Source: an uncultured Lachnospiraceae bacterium
GTDB taxonomy: Bacteria; Bacillota; Clostridia; Lachnospirales; Lachnospiraceae
Direction of reading: 5' to 3'
DNA length: 64,000 nucleotides
Assembly: GCA_902779305.1 (NCBI GenBank)
Contig: CACZBD010000007.1
Span: 88,760-152,759, forward strand
Positions 36,817 through 46,459 of the stretch are shown one piece after another. Under the pieces are notes generated by a model. It worked only from the letters and a program-made list of their open reading frames with translations, was not told the DNA's origin and ran no database searches. Made by a program: the position numbers and the translations under genes. Numbering within the stretch: the stretch's first letter is position 1; each line of letters starts with the position of its first letter.

Positions 36817-37669
36817 GCGCAAACCGGAAGAAGCTTCCGGCGGCGCCGGATGGCTGAATACCTTTGCCGACCTGATGAACCTTCTGCTGTGTTTCTTCGT
36901 GCTCCTGTTCTCCATGTCCACGATCGATGCGCAGAAGTTTGAAGCGATCGCAGCATCTTTATCGGACAGCTTCAGTATTTTTTCGGGCGGAGCCACTGCT
37001 CTCGGTGAAGGGATCCTGATCTCCAACGGCGTCAGCCAGTTAAATGAACTGGACCAGTACCTGAATTCCATGGGAAAGGCCGCAGAGGATTCCATACACG
37101 ACGATATCATGGGCGAGAATAAGGGCAGTGTCAATGATACGGATGCCAGCGCCGATATCGAGCAGGCCGTTGCCGAGGAAATGGAAGCCAGAGAAGAGAA
37201 GCAGCTGCAGCAGTCCGAGGAAATGGCAGAGATCATTGAAGAGATCCTGCAGGAACAGAACATGCAGAATGAGGTCGATGTGGACTTCACTTCCCAGTAT
37301 GTGCAGCTGACTTTAAACGGCGCGCTGCTGTTTGACTCGGGAAGTGCGCAGATCAAGTCCGACGCGCTTCCGATCCTTGATAAGATCGGCGTGATCCTGC
37401 AGAAGTATTCCGACAGCGAGATCGAGATCGAGGGGCATACGGACAATGTGCCGATCAGCGGCCGTTTTAAAAACAATAACGAACTTTCCAGCGCAAGAGC
37501 GCTTTCCGTATTTGAATATCTGATGGAACATACGACACTGGATCCCGCAAGGGTGAAGCATACCGGCAGGGGCGAATACATTCCGGTTGCCGACAATACT
37601 TCTCCGGAGGGACGTGCACAGAACAGACGCGTAGAGATCAAGATCTATCACACGGTCGCTACGGATTAA
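36809..37669 (+). CDS. motB: Flagellar stator protein MotB (OmpA-like C-terminal domain)
   Basis: GWLNTFADLMNLLLCFFVLLF contains the conserved Asp of the plug/TM segment. The C-terminus is OmpA-like (IEIEGHTDNVPI..NNELSSARA..NRRVEI). The preferred start is ATG 36809 behind GGAGGTG. Confidence 0.9.
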   Translation: MAKRKPEEASGGAGWLNTFADLMNLLLCFFVLLFSMSTIDAQKFEAIAASLSDSFSIFSGGATALGEGILISNGVSQLNELDQYLNSMGKAAEDSIHDDIMGENKGSVNDTDASADIEQAVAEEMEAREEKQLQQSEEMAEIIEEILQEQNMQNEVDVDFTSQYVQLTLNGALLFDSGSAQIKSDALPILDKIGVILQKYSDSEIEIEGHTDNVPISGRFKNNNELSSARALSVFEYLMEHTTLDPARVKHTGRGEYIPVADNTSPEGRAQNRRVEIKIYHTVATD

Positions 37670-37694
37670 TCCAGACAACAGGAGCAAATGATCC

Positions 37695-38213
37695 ATGAAG
37701 AAAAATCTATTGACAGTCATGATCCTGGCATTGCTTTTTGTCAACCTGATCTTAACGGGGATCACGATGTTTTCCCTGGTTTCCGCCAATAAAAAAACGG
37801 TGGCACTGGTTGACGACATTTCCGCGGCATTGGCACTGGATCTTACAAAACCGGAAGAAGCATCCGAGGAATCCACCGAGATCAGCATCGCAGACACTGC
37901 GGTCTACAACATCGAGGATTCCATGACGATCGCGCTGACACCGAGCGCGGACGGTTCGGAACACTATGCGCTTGTTTCCGTATCGTTTTCCATGAACACG
38001 CAGGATCCCGATTACGAGACCTATTCACCGATGCTTGCCGATAAAGAGAGCAAGATCAAGAGCGAGATCATCGACGTGATCGGCGCAAAGACCAAGGAAG
38101 AGGCCATGGCTGACCGCGAAGGCATGCAGCAGGAGATCTTGGAACGCGTACAGTCGATGTTTAATTCCAAGTTTATATACGAGGCTTATTTCAGGGATAT
38201 CAAGTTCCAGTAA
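37695..38213 (+). CDS. fliL: Flagellar basal body-associated protein FliL
   Basis: 172 aa. It has a single N-terminal TM segment, the C-terminal pattern KSEIIDVI..EILERVQSMF is FliL-like, and it is in the fliL position. Confidence 0.8.
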   Translation: MKKNLLTVMILALLFVNLILTGITMFSLVSANKKTVALVDDISAALALDLTKPEEASEESTEISIADTAVYNIEDSMTIALTPSADGSEHYALVSVSFSMNTQDPDYETYSPMLADKESKIKSEIIDVIGAKTKEEAMADREGMQQEILERVQSMFNSKFIYEAYFRDIKFQ

Positions 38214-38252
38214 GACGCCTTTTTGAGTCCGAAATGAAGCGAGGTGAGCTTA

Positions 38253-39233
38253 ATGGGCGAGGTGCTCTCGCAAAATGAGATAGACAGTCTGCTCCAGGCG
38301 TTAAGCTCAGGCGAGATCGATACGGAAGAACTGAGCAATGCCGAGGAGAAAGTCACCAAGAATTACGACTTCAGGCGACCGGCCAAATTCTCCAAAGAAC
38401 ATTTGCGCACACTGGAGATCATATTTGAGCATTACGGAAGGCTTCTTTCCACGAACCTGCCGGTTTATCTCAGAAAAAATATACAGGTCAGTGTGGTCAA
38501 CTCGGAAACCTGTACGTTTTCGGAGTTTTCGACGGCGCTTGCCAATCCGGTACTGCTTGCCGTAGTCAATTTTGAACCGCTCAACGGAAATATCATGTTG
38601 GAAATGGCTGCCAACCTCGGTTTTGCCATGATCGACAGAATGCTGGGCGGTCCCGGCAATCCGCTCGAGAAGAACCGTGATTTTTCCGAGATCGAGCGTT
38701 CGATCATTGATAAGATCATGTCGGTCTGCGTACAGCTTTTAAGAGAACCGTGGAAGAATGTTGTGGAGGTCAATCCGATCCTGGAACGTATCGAGACCAA
38801 TCCGCAGTTCGCGCAGATCATCGCACCGTCCGATATGATCGCGATCGTGACGATCAATGTCAGGATCGGTGATGTTGAAGGCTTAATGAACATGTGTCTC
38901 CCGTATTTTACGCTGGAGTCCGTTATGGATAAATTGAATACGAAGTACTGGTTCTCGACCATGAAAGAGAACGAGGAAGAGAATTACGAGGATCATATCG
39001 AGACGATCGTACGACGTGTGGAAATGCCGATCCGTGCCGTTCTCGGAAGAAGTGTTGTCACGGTCAGCGATTTTGTCGGACTGCAAAACGGCGACATCAT
39101 CAAGCTGAATTCCAAGATCGGGCAGGAACTTGATATATATGTCGGTAATCTGAAGAAGTTCAAAGCCCTTCCGGGTTCTTCCAAGGAGTCTTATGCGGTG
39201 AGGGTTACATCAGTACTTAGAGAGGAGGACTAG
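38253..39233 (+). CDS. fliM: Flagellar motor switch protein FliM
   Basis: GEVLSQNEIDSLL is the CheY-P binding N-terminal motif, followed by a CheC-like middle domain and a C-terminal FliN-like domain. The preferred start is ATG 38253 (the ORF track gives GTG 38244). Confidence 0.93.
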   Translation: MGEVLSQNEIDSLLQALSSGEIDTEELSNAEEKVTKNYDFRRPAKFSKEHLRTLEIIFEHYGRLLSTNLPVYLRKNIQVSVVNSETCTFSEFSTALANPVLLAVVNFEPLNGNIMLEMAANLGFAMIDRMLGGPGNPLEKNRDFSEIERSIIDKIMSVCVQLLREPWKNVVEVNPILERIETNPQFAQIIAPSDMIAIVTINVRIGDVEGLMNMCLPYFTLESVMDKLNTKYWFSTMKENEEENYEDHIETIVRRVEMPIRAVLGRSVVTVSDFVGLQNGDIIKLNSKIGQELDIYVGNLKKFKALPGSSKESYAVRVTSVLREED

Positions 39234-39236
39234 TGG

Positions 39237-40493
39237 ATGGACGGAATGCTGTCTCAGGACGAGATCAATGCGCTCCTCAGCGGAATGAGTGAAGGCGTTG
39301 ATCAGACTGACACTGAGGCCGGTGCAGCTGCAGCGAATGACGCCCCATCCGGCGGCGCTTCGGGCGACACCCTGACCGATGACGAAAAAGACGCCATCGG
39401 TGAAGTTGCCAACATCAGCATGGGGACGTCGGCAACGACGCTTTATTCCTTGGTCAATCGAAAAGTAAATATCACTACACCTGTCGTCACCATGGCCAGG
39501 TGGGAAGATGTGATCGAGGACTATGAACGCCCGTGTGTATTTATCAAGATCCAATACACCGTCGGACTGGAAGGGACCAACATCCTGATCCTGAAAGAAT
39601 CGGACGTGAAAGTCATCACCGATCTGATGATGGGCGGAGACGGAACCAATACGGACGGTGAACTCGGCGATCTTCATTTAAGCGCGATCTCGGAAGCAAT
39701 GAACCAGATGATGGGCAGCGCGGCAACATCACTGTCCTCGATGCTGGGACGTATGATCGACATCTCTCCGCCGGAGAGCATCCTCCTGAATACGGAGATG
39801 ATGGAAAAAGGAACCGATATTTCCGATTTCCTCGGCGGTAATTTTGTTAAGATCACGTTCCGTATGCAGATCGGAGATCTTGTCGATTCCAAGATCATGC
39901 AGTTATATCCGCTTGAATTTGCGAAATCGCTGTATGACTACTTTATGGATAATCAGGAACCCGAACCGGCGCCGGCATTGTCTTCACAGGAACCCGCAGC
40001 GGCCCCGTCACCAAGCGTACCGGAGATGGACCTTGGCGGAGCGATGAACATGGGAAATCCCATGGGCATGGGCGCACCGATGGGCAATCCGATGGGAATG
40101 GGAGCCCCGATGGGCATGGGCGCACCGATGGGCAATCCGATGGGAATGGGAGCCCCGATGGGAATGGGTGCTCCGATGAACATGCAGCCGATGCCGAACA
40201 TCAATATCCAGCCCGCCTCTTTCCAGGCTTTTTCGGGAGATGTGGCAGCGATGCAGTCCCAGGAGAATATCACGCTGATCAAAGATGTTCCGCTTGATGT
40301 TACCGTGGAACTGGGTCGGACCAGCAAGGCGATCAGCGATATCCTCGATTTCGCACCCGGTACGATCATAGAACTGAACAAGATCGCGGGTGAGCCGGTG
40401 GATGTACTTGTAAACGGGAAACTGGTCGCAAAGGGCGAAGTAGTGGTGATCGAAGAAAACTTCGGTGTCAGAGTAACAGAGATTTTAAAATAA
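39237..40493 (+). CDS. fliY: Flagellar motor switch phosphatase FliY (CheC-like domain plus a FliN C-terminal domain)
   Basis: 418 aa. It has an N-terminal LSQDEINALL, a CheC-like region (DAIGEVANISMGTSATTL; LSAISEAMNQMMGSAATSL), a GNPMGMGAPM low-complexity linker, and a C-terminal FliN/SpoA domain (LDVTVELGRT..IIELNK..VDVLVNGKLVAKGEVVV). Confidence 0.92.
   Translation: MDGMLSQDEINALLSGMSEGVDQTDTEAGAAAANDAPSGGASGDTLTDDEKDAIGEVANISMGTSATTLYSLVNRKVNITTPVVTMARWEDVIEDYERPCVFIKIQYTVGLEGTNILILKESDVKVITDLMMGGDGTNTDGELGDLHLSAISEAMNQMMGSAATSLSSMLGRMIDISPPESILLNTEMMEKGTDISDFLGGNFVKITFRMQIGDLVDSKIMQLYPLEFAKSLYDYFMDNQEPEPAPALSSQEPAAAPSPSVPEMDLGGAMNMGNPMGMGAPMGNPMGMGAPMGMGAPMGNPMGMGAPMGMGAPMNMQPMPNINIQPASFQAFSGDVAAMQSQENITLIKDVPLDVTVELGRTSKAISDILDFAPGTIIELNKIAGEPVDVLVNGKLVAKGEVVVIEENFGVRVTEILK
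40062..40178 (+). repeat. In-frame tandem repeat inside fliY (48 nt x 2, plus a partial copy)
   Basis: ATGGGCATGGGCGCACCGATGGGCAATCCGATGGGAATGGGAGCCCCG occurs identically at 40062-40109 and 40110-40157, followed by a diverged 21-nt partial copy. Confidence 0.9.
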
Positions 40494-40529
40494 GCACAAA
40501 TTTTAAAATAATCAATAGGAGAAAGAAAA

Positions 40530-40892
40530 ATGGCAAAAAACATCTTAATTTGTGACGATGCAGCATTCATGAGAATGATGATCAAGGACATTCTCACAAA
40601 GAACGGCTACAATGTTGCAGGAGAAGCCGAAAACGGAGCAAGAGCAGTCGAGAAGTACAACGAACTGAAGCCCGATCTGGTATTGATGGATATCACAATG
40701 CCGGAGATGGACGGTATTCAGGCGCTCAAGAAGATCAAGGAGACCGATGCAGGTGCCCTTGTGATCATGTGCTCCGCAATGGGTCAGCAGGCCATGGTTA
40801 TCGAATCCATTCAGGCAGGCGCCAAGGACTTTATCGTGAAGCCCTTCCAGGCAGACCGTGTTATCGAGGCCGTTAAAAAAGTCGTGGGCTAA
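40530..40892 (+). CDS. cheY: Chemotaxis response regulator CheY
   Basis: 120 aa, a single REC domain. ILICDDAAFMR, LVLMDITMPEMDG, and the conserved Lys in VKPF. Confidence 0.95.
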   Translation: MAKNILICDDAAFMRMMIKDILTKNGYNVAGEAENGARAVEKYNELKPDLVLMDITMPEMDGIQALKKIKETDAGALVIMCSAMGQQAMVIESIQAGAKDFIVKPFQADRVIEAVKKVVG

Positions 40893-40895
40893 ACG

Positions 40896-41267
40896 ATGCC
40901 TCTTTCTCTGCAACCCGGCGGAACAAATTCTGTTGTGCAGTTTCTGACTGCACTTTTGGTGTTTGTCTTTGTCGTTGCGCTCACTTATTTCACGGTCAGA
41001 TGGGTGGGTGCATACCAGAAGATCCAACCGGGAAACAAAAACTTTGAAGTGATCGATACCTGTAAGGTAACGCAGAACAAATTTCTGCAGATCGTCAAAG
41101 TCGGATCCCGTTACTTTCTCATCGGGATCGGTAAAGACACGCTCGAGTTCTTTACCGAACTGGATGAAAATGACCTGGATCTTTCCGGACCAGTAAAAAT
41201 ACAGGATGGGTTCCAGCAATTATATCAGAAAGCAAAAGAACGCATACAAAAACGGGGCAAACCATGA
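40896..41267 (+). CDS. fliO: Flagellar biosynthesis protein FliO (FliZ of Bacillus)
   Basis: 123 aa. It has one TM segment, lies immediately upstream of and overlapping fliP, and carries the motif LQIVKVGSRYFLIGIGKD. Confidence 0.8.
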   Translation: MPLSLQPGGTNSVVQFLTALLVFVFVVALTYFTVRWVGAYQKIQPGNKNFEVIDTCKVTQNKFLQIVKVGSRYFLIGIGKDTLEFFTELDENDLDLSGPVKIQDGFQQLYQKAKERIQKRGKP

Positions 41268-42139
41268 GCAAGCGCAGCAAAAGATGCATTCTCATACCGG
41301 TTTCGGTGTTGCTGTTTTGTTTTGCGGTTTTTATCGCTGTACCAAAAACGGTATATGCTTCGGGCTTTGATGCCATCGGCATAACCGAAGATGGTGCAGA
41401 CAATGAAAACCGTACGATCATCAACGATCCCGGAACCGCGCAGACAGGAGAAGATCTGCGGGAATTGAATGTTTCCAATAATCTTTCGATCACATACAGG
41501 AACGGTGAAGGAAACGTATCGGGAACCCTGCGCATTCTGATCACGTTAACGCTTGTTGCGCTGGCACCGACACTCCTGGTGATGATGACGAGTTTTACCC
41601 GTATCATTGTCGTTATGCATTTTGTCAGATCAGCGCTTGGTACGCAATCAGCACCTCCGAACATCGTGCTGATCGGCCTGTCTCTGTTTCTGACATTTTT
41701 TATTATGAATCCCGTTATGACGCAGATCAATGAGACTGCGCTGCAGCCTTTTGAAGCGGGAGAGATCTCACAGCAGGAATTCTTTGATTCCGCGCTTGTG
41801 CCTTTGAGACAGTTTATGTACGGACAGACGCAGGCCAAGGATGTCCGGTTGTTTTTGGATATTGAAGGGATCGAATCGGTGGCCACGATCGATGACATTC
41901 CGACGCGTGTGCTGATCCCGAGTTTCATCGTCAGTGAACTCAGGACCGCGTTCATCATAGGGTTCCTGATCTATATTCCGTTTATCATCATCGACATGGT
42001 AACTGCGTCGACGCTGATGTCCATGGGTATGATGATGCTGCCGCCGACGACGATCTCCATGCCGTTTAAAGTGTTGCTGTTTGTCCTTGCAGACGGCTGG
42101 AATCTTGTGATCGGAAATCTGGTCAGAACCTTTTATTAG
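41264..42139 (+). CDS. fliP: Flagellar export apparatus protein FliP
   Basis: 291 aa. It has a signal-like N-terminus, and TSFTRIIVV..R.ALGTQ..PPN and GFLIYIPFIIIDMV(T)AS motifs. Confidence 0.95.
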   Translation: MSKRSKRCILIPVSVLLFCFAVFIAVPKTVYASGFDAIGITEDGADNENRTIINDPGTAQTGEDLRELNVSNNLSITYRNGEGNVSGTLRILITLTLVALAPTLLVMMTSFTRIIVVMHFVRSALGTQSAPPNIVLIGLSLFLTFFIMNPVMTQINETALQPFEAGEISQQEFFDSALVPLRQFMYGQTQAKDVRLFLDIEGIESVATIDDIPTRVLIPSFIVSELRTAFIIGFLIYIPFIIIDMVTASTLMSMGMMMLPPTTISMPFKVLLFVLADGWNLVIGNLVRTFY

Positions 42140-42153
42140 CGGAGGGAGAGTAT

Positions 42154-42423
42154 ATGACAGTCGATACCGTTACGGAAATTGTCAGAAATGCGCTGTATAC
42201 CATCATTATCTGCGCTGCTCCGATGCTTTTGATCTCCCTGATCGTCGGTCTTACGATCAGTATTTTCCAGACGATCACTTCGATCCAGGAACAGACACTG
42301 ACATTTGTGCCTAAGATCCTCGGGGTCTTCCTGATCCTGATGCTTATGGGGCACTGGATATTGAACAATGTGATCAATTACATGGAACAGCTTTGGGGTA
42401 ATTTTTCCATCTACATACGGTGA
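42154..42423 (+). CDS. fliQ: Flagellar export apparatus protein FliQ
   Basis: 89 aa, two TM segments, with the motif SIFQTITSIQEQTLTFVPKI. Confidence 0.93.
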   Translation: MTVDTVTEIVRNALYTIIICAAPMLLISLIVGLTISIFQTITSIQEQTLTFVPKILGVFLILMLMGHWILNNVINYMEQLWGNFSIYIR

Positions 42424-43211
42424 ACCGGATGATCGATTATTCTTTTTCATACAATGATCTGGAATATTTTCTGCTGGTTCTTGTAAGGATGGCAAGTTTC
42501 GTGTATGCGGCCCCGTTTTTCAATACGCAGGGGGTTCCGCGGCAGGTAAAAACAGCGATGTCCTTATTTTTGGCGCTGATCGTTTACCACATCACACCGA
42601 ATGTAAGTGTTCCGGAATATCATACAGTTCTCGGATATTCCGCACTGGTGCTGAAAGAGGCCATCGCCGGTGTCGTGATCGGATTCGGCGCCAACATCTG
42701 CACGACGATCGTAACGTTTGCCGGCAGAGTTTCCGATATGGAACTCGGTTTGTCCATGGTGCAGCTTTTCGATCCGACAACGAATGAAAATGTCGGTTTT
42801 ACGGGACTGTTATATCAATATGCGATCACGCTGATCATGCTGATCACGAACATGCATCATTTTTTCCTGCGTGCGATCGTGGAAACATATACGCTGATCC
42901 CTGTCGGACATTTGAATTTCAGTTCCGAGAAGATCATGACCACGATCATTCAGTTTTTCTGTGACTATATGCTGATCGCGTTTCAGCTTTGTCTTCCTGT
43001 TGTGGCAGCGATCATGCTGCTGAATGCGGTTTTGGGGATTCTGACCAAAACGGCGCCGCAGATCCATATGTTTTCGATCGGTGTGCAGCTCAAGATCTTT
43101 ACCGGAATGACGGTTCTGTTTGTTACGATCGGACTGTTACCGAGCATATCGGATTTTATATTTAAGGAAATGCGCATCATGATGACAGCCATGGTGGAGT
43201 CCATGCGATAG
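42420..43211 (+). CDS. fliR: Flagellar export apparatus protein FliR
   Basis: 263 aa, polytopic. FLLVLVRMASFVYAAPFF is typical of FliR. The start is GTG 42420 or ATG 42429. Confidence 0.9.
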   Translation: MNRMIDYSFSYNDLEYFLLVLVRMASFVYAAPFFNTQGVPRQVKTAMSLFLALIVYHITPNVSVPEYHTVLGYSALVLKEAIAGVVIGFGANICTTIVTFAGRVSDMELGLSMVQLFDPTTNENVGFTGLLYQYAITLIMLITNMHHFFLRAIVETYTLIPVGHLNFSSEKIMTTIIQFFCDYMLIAFQLCLPVVAAIMLLNAVLGILTKTAPQIHMFSIGVQLKIFTGMTVLFVTIGLLPSISDFIFKEMRIMMTAMVESMR

Positions 43212-43241
43212 TTCAGGGGTTTTGTCGGGAGTAAATTAATA

Positions 43242-44366
43242 ATGGAAGATTTCATGCTTTTGCGGTATGACCTGCAATGGTTCGCAAAAGAAGGTCCGGG
43301 CGGAGAAAAAACAGAACCGGCTACCGAAAAGAAATTAAGTGATGCCCGAAAAGAAGGTCAGGTTGCCAAGAGTAAGGAAATCAGTACGGCAGTCGGTCTT
43401 TTTGCATTGTTTCTTGTCCTGAAGATCTGGGCCGGAACGATGGGCAGACAGTTCATTGAGACTTTTCATTTCGTTTATTCCCAGATCTCCGATTTCATCA
43501 GACAGCCGGACGGTTTTGTTCCTGTACGCGATTTTTGCAATCTGATCAACACGGCGCTGCTCAGGATCCTTTTGATCCTCCTTCCGCTTTTGGCAGTCGG
43601 CCTGGTTGCCGGGTTCCTGATCGAAGTGGTCCAGGTGCAGTGGAAGCCGACCACCAAACCGCTAAAGCCAAAAGCCTCCAAGCTGAATCCGGTGAAGGGG
43701 TTCAAAAGGTTTTTTTCCAAAGAGAAACTGGTGGATCTGCTGAAAGCCGTCATCAAACTGACCATGATCGGCTATGTTGCCTACACCACGCTGGTGGACC
43801 AGATCCCGACGCTGTTTTTGCTCTATGACATGAAACTGATCTCTGCCATTCAGACGTTCGGGAACATCATCATCAATCTCGGCCTGAAGATTTCCGCTTT
43901 TTTTGCGATCATCGGACTTGCCGATTACGCTTACCAAAAGTGGAAATTCAAAGAAGATATGAAGATGACCAAGCAGGAAGTCAAGGACGAATGGAAGAAC
44001 GCGGAAGGAGATCCGCAGATCAAGTCCAAACAGCGCAGAAGAATGCAGGAGGCCAGCAGGCGCCGCATGATGTCGTCCGTGCCGCAGGCCGATGTGGTCA
44101 TTACGAACCCGACACATTTTGCCGTAGCATTAAAATATGATCCGGAAGTATTTGATGCGCCGTATGTGCTTGCAAAGGGTGAGGATTTCCTGGCACTTCG
44201 TATCAGGGAAGAAGCCTATTCGCATGATGTGGAAGTGGTGGAGAACAAGCCGCTCGCAAGGATGCTTTATTACAATGTGGAACTCGGCGCGATGATCCCG
44301 CCGGAGCTGTATTCGACGGTCGCGGAGATCCTTGCGGTCATCTATAACAAACGCAATCTGGCATGA
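43242..44366 (+). CDS. flhB: Flagellar export switch protein FlhB
   Basis: 374 aa. EKTEPATEKKLSDARKEGQVAKSKE at the N-terminus, and the autocleavage motif NPTH (VITNPTHFAVAL). Confidence 0.95.
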   Translation: MEDFMLLRYDLQWFAKEGPGGEKTEPATEKKLSDARKEGQVAKSKEISTAVGLFALFLVLKIWAGTMGRQFIETFHFVYSQISDFIRQPDGFVPVRDFCNLINTALLRILLILLPLLAVGLVAGFLIEVVQVQWKPTTKPLKPKASKLNPVKGFKRFFSKEKLVDLLKAVIKLTMIGYVAYTTLVDQIPTLFLLYDMKLISAIQTFGNIIINLGLKISAFFAIIGLADYAYQKWKFKEDMKMTKQEVKDEWKNAEGDPQIKSKQRRRMQEASRRRMMSSVPQADVVITNPTHFAVALKYDPEVFDAPYVLAKGEDFLALRIREEAYSHDVEVVENKPLARMLYYNVELGAMIPPELYSTVAEILAVIYNKRNLA

Positions 44367-44416
44367 TCTGTTGCGTAGCGCAATTGCTTTAATACTTCGG
44401 AAAGGAGGCAGATGGA

Positions 44417-46459
44417 ATGAAATTCGGAAGAGCGGATCTCGGCGTTGCCGTTTATATTCTGGCTGCATTTGTATTCCTGATCATACCGATCCCATCCGGA
44501 CTTCTGGACGTATTGCTTGCGATCAATATGTCTGTTGCATTTGCCATCCTTTTTAACACGATGTTTTCCAAGGAAGTGCTGGATATGTCTTTCTATCCGA
44601 CGATCCTGCTCTTCACGACTATTTTCAGACTGTCGCTGAACGTATCCAGTACACGTCTGATCTTAGCGACAGGATCTCCCGGAAACGTCGTGGAAACATT
44701 CGGTAATTTCGTCGGCGGCGGCGATCTGATCATCGGCACGATCATCTTTATCATTTTGATCATCATCCAGTTCATGGTCATCAACAAAGGTTCCGAACGA
44801 GTAGCGGAAGTTACGGCCAGATTCACACTGGATGCCATGCCCGGTAAACAGATGGCCATTGATGCCGACTTAAACACCGGCGCGATCGATGATGAGGAAG
44901 CAAAAGCAAGGCGTGACAAGATCCAGGCAGAAGCAAGCTTCTTCGGTTCCATGGATGGTGCCGTGAAGTATGTAAAAGGAGATGCCACGGCCGGTCTGAT
45001 CCTGACTGCCGTCAATATTATCGGCGGGATCGCCATGGGTATGATCCGGAACGGAATGCCCATCGGGGATGCGCTGCAGCGCTATGCGATCCTGACGATC
45101 GGTGACGGTCTGGTCAGCCAGATCCCGTCTCTTCTGATCTCTCTTTCCACAGGTATCCTGGTCACAAAAGGATCCAAGGAAGCGGATTTCGGAAATGTGC
45201 TGATCTCTCAGCTGTTCGGGATCCCCAAAGTCCTTTATTTTGTCGGTGGGACCATCTGTTTCCTCGGGATCTTTACACCGCTGAATGTCGTGCTGTTCCT
45301 CGCACTCGGCCTTGTATTCATCATTGTCGGACGTGTGATCGCCAACAATATCGAAGTCAATGCCGTGGAGGCTACCGTCGATCAGGATGAAGCTGCGGCG
45401 GAGGAAGTACGAAAACCGGAGAATGTCAACACCCTTTTGCAGGTGGATCCGATCGAACTTGAATTCGGATACGGGATCATACCGTTAGCGGATGTCAATC
45501 AGGGCGGTGACCTGCTCGACCGTGTTGTTATGATCAGAAGACAGGTTGCGCTGGAACTCGGTACGGTTGTACCGATCATCCGCCTGCGTGATAACATCCA
45601 GCTTAATCCGAACCAGTATATCATCAAGATCAAAGGGATCCAGGTTTCCGAAGGCGAGATCCTGTTTGACCACTATATGGCAATGAACCCCGGATTTGTG
45701 GAAGAGGAAATTTCCGGTATTCCGACGTTTGAACCGTCGTTCCATCTGCCTGCCGTATGGATCACCGAATCCCAGAGAGAGCGCGCGGAATCTTACGGAT
45801 ATACGGTCGTCGATCCGCCGTCGATCATTGCCACCCACTTAACGGAAGTGATCCGCCAGTTCATCGCGGAACTGCTTTCGAGGCAGGATGTGCAGAACCT
45901 GGTCAACAATATCAAAGAAACCAATCCTTCTCTGGTGGACGAACTGATCCCGAAGCTTTTAAGCATCGGCGAGATCCAGAAGGTTTTGCAGAATCTGCTG
46001 CGTGAAGGGATCTCGATCCGTGATCTTCTGACTATTTTCGAAACCCTTGCCGATCATGCAACGGTGACCAGGGATACGGATCTGTTGACGGAATATGTCA
46101 GATCCAGCCTGAAGAGGGCGATTTCTGCCAAGTATTTCCCGCCCAATGAATCGACAAGCGTGGTAACGCTTGATCCGAAGATCGAGCAGGAGATCATGAA
46201 CAGCGTGAAGCAGACGGAAAACGGCGCTTATCTGACGCTGGATCCGGAACGTTCCAAGGCGATCATCAAATCGACAGAGACAGAGATCGGAAAACTGGAG
46301 AATCTTGGCAAGCCTGCGATCATCATTACATCCCCGATCGTCAGGATGTATTTCAGAAAACTGACAGAAGATTACTTTAAAGATCTGATCGTTGTATCAT
46401 ATAATGAGATTGACTCCAGCGTTGAGCTGCAGTCGGTAGGAATGGTGACCATACCGTGA
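44417..46459 (+). CDS. flhA: Flagellar export gate protein FlhA
   Basis: 680 aa. FHIPEP motifs (RFTLDAMPGKQMAIDADL, GSMDGAVKYVKGDA) and a large cytoplasmic C-domain. Confidence 0.95.
   Translation: MKFGRADLGVAVYILAAFVFLIIPIPSGLLDVLLAINMSVAFAILFNTMFSKEVLDMSFYPTILLFTTIFRLSLNVSSTRLILATGSPGNVVETFGNFVGGGDLIIGTIIFIILIIIQFMVINKGSERVAEVTARFTLDAMPGKQMAIDADLNTGAIDDEEAKARRDKIQAEASFFGSMDGAVKYVKGDATAGLILTAVNIIGGIAMGMIRNGMPIGDALQRYAILTIGDGLVSQIPSLLISLSTGILVTKGSKEADFGNVLISQLFGIPKVLYFVGGTICFLGIFTPLNVVLFLALGLVFIIVGRVIANNIEVNAVEATVDQDEAAAEEVRKPENVNTLLQVDPIELEFGYGIIPLADVNQGGDLLDRVVMIRRQVALELGTVVPIIRLRDNIQLNPNQYIIKIKGIQVSEGEILFDHYMAMNPGFVEEEISGIPTFEPSFHLPAVWITESQRERAESYGYTVVDPPSIIATHLTEVIRQFIAELLSRQDVQNLVNNIKETNPSLVDELIPKLLSIGEIQKVLQNLLREGISIRDLLTIFETLADHATVTRDTDLLTEYVRSSLKRAISAKYFPPNESTSVVTLDPKIEQEIMNSVKQTENGAYLTLDPERSKAIIKSTETEIGKLENLGKPAIIITSPIVRMYFRKLTEDYFKDLIVVSYNEIDSSVELQSVGMVTIP

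Noticed and set aside
36307-37641. 444-aa minus-strand ORF antisense to motA/motB
   Set aside because: The composition is Ser/Ala-rich and low-complexity, with no RBS. The sense strand encodes clear MotA and MotB.
39953-40597. 214-aa minus-strand ORF with GAPIPIG repeats
   Set aside because: It is the mirror image of the fliY GMGAPM tandem repeat. The repeat periodicity keeps the antisense frame open, so it is an artefact.
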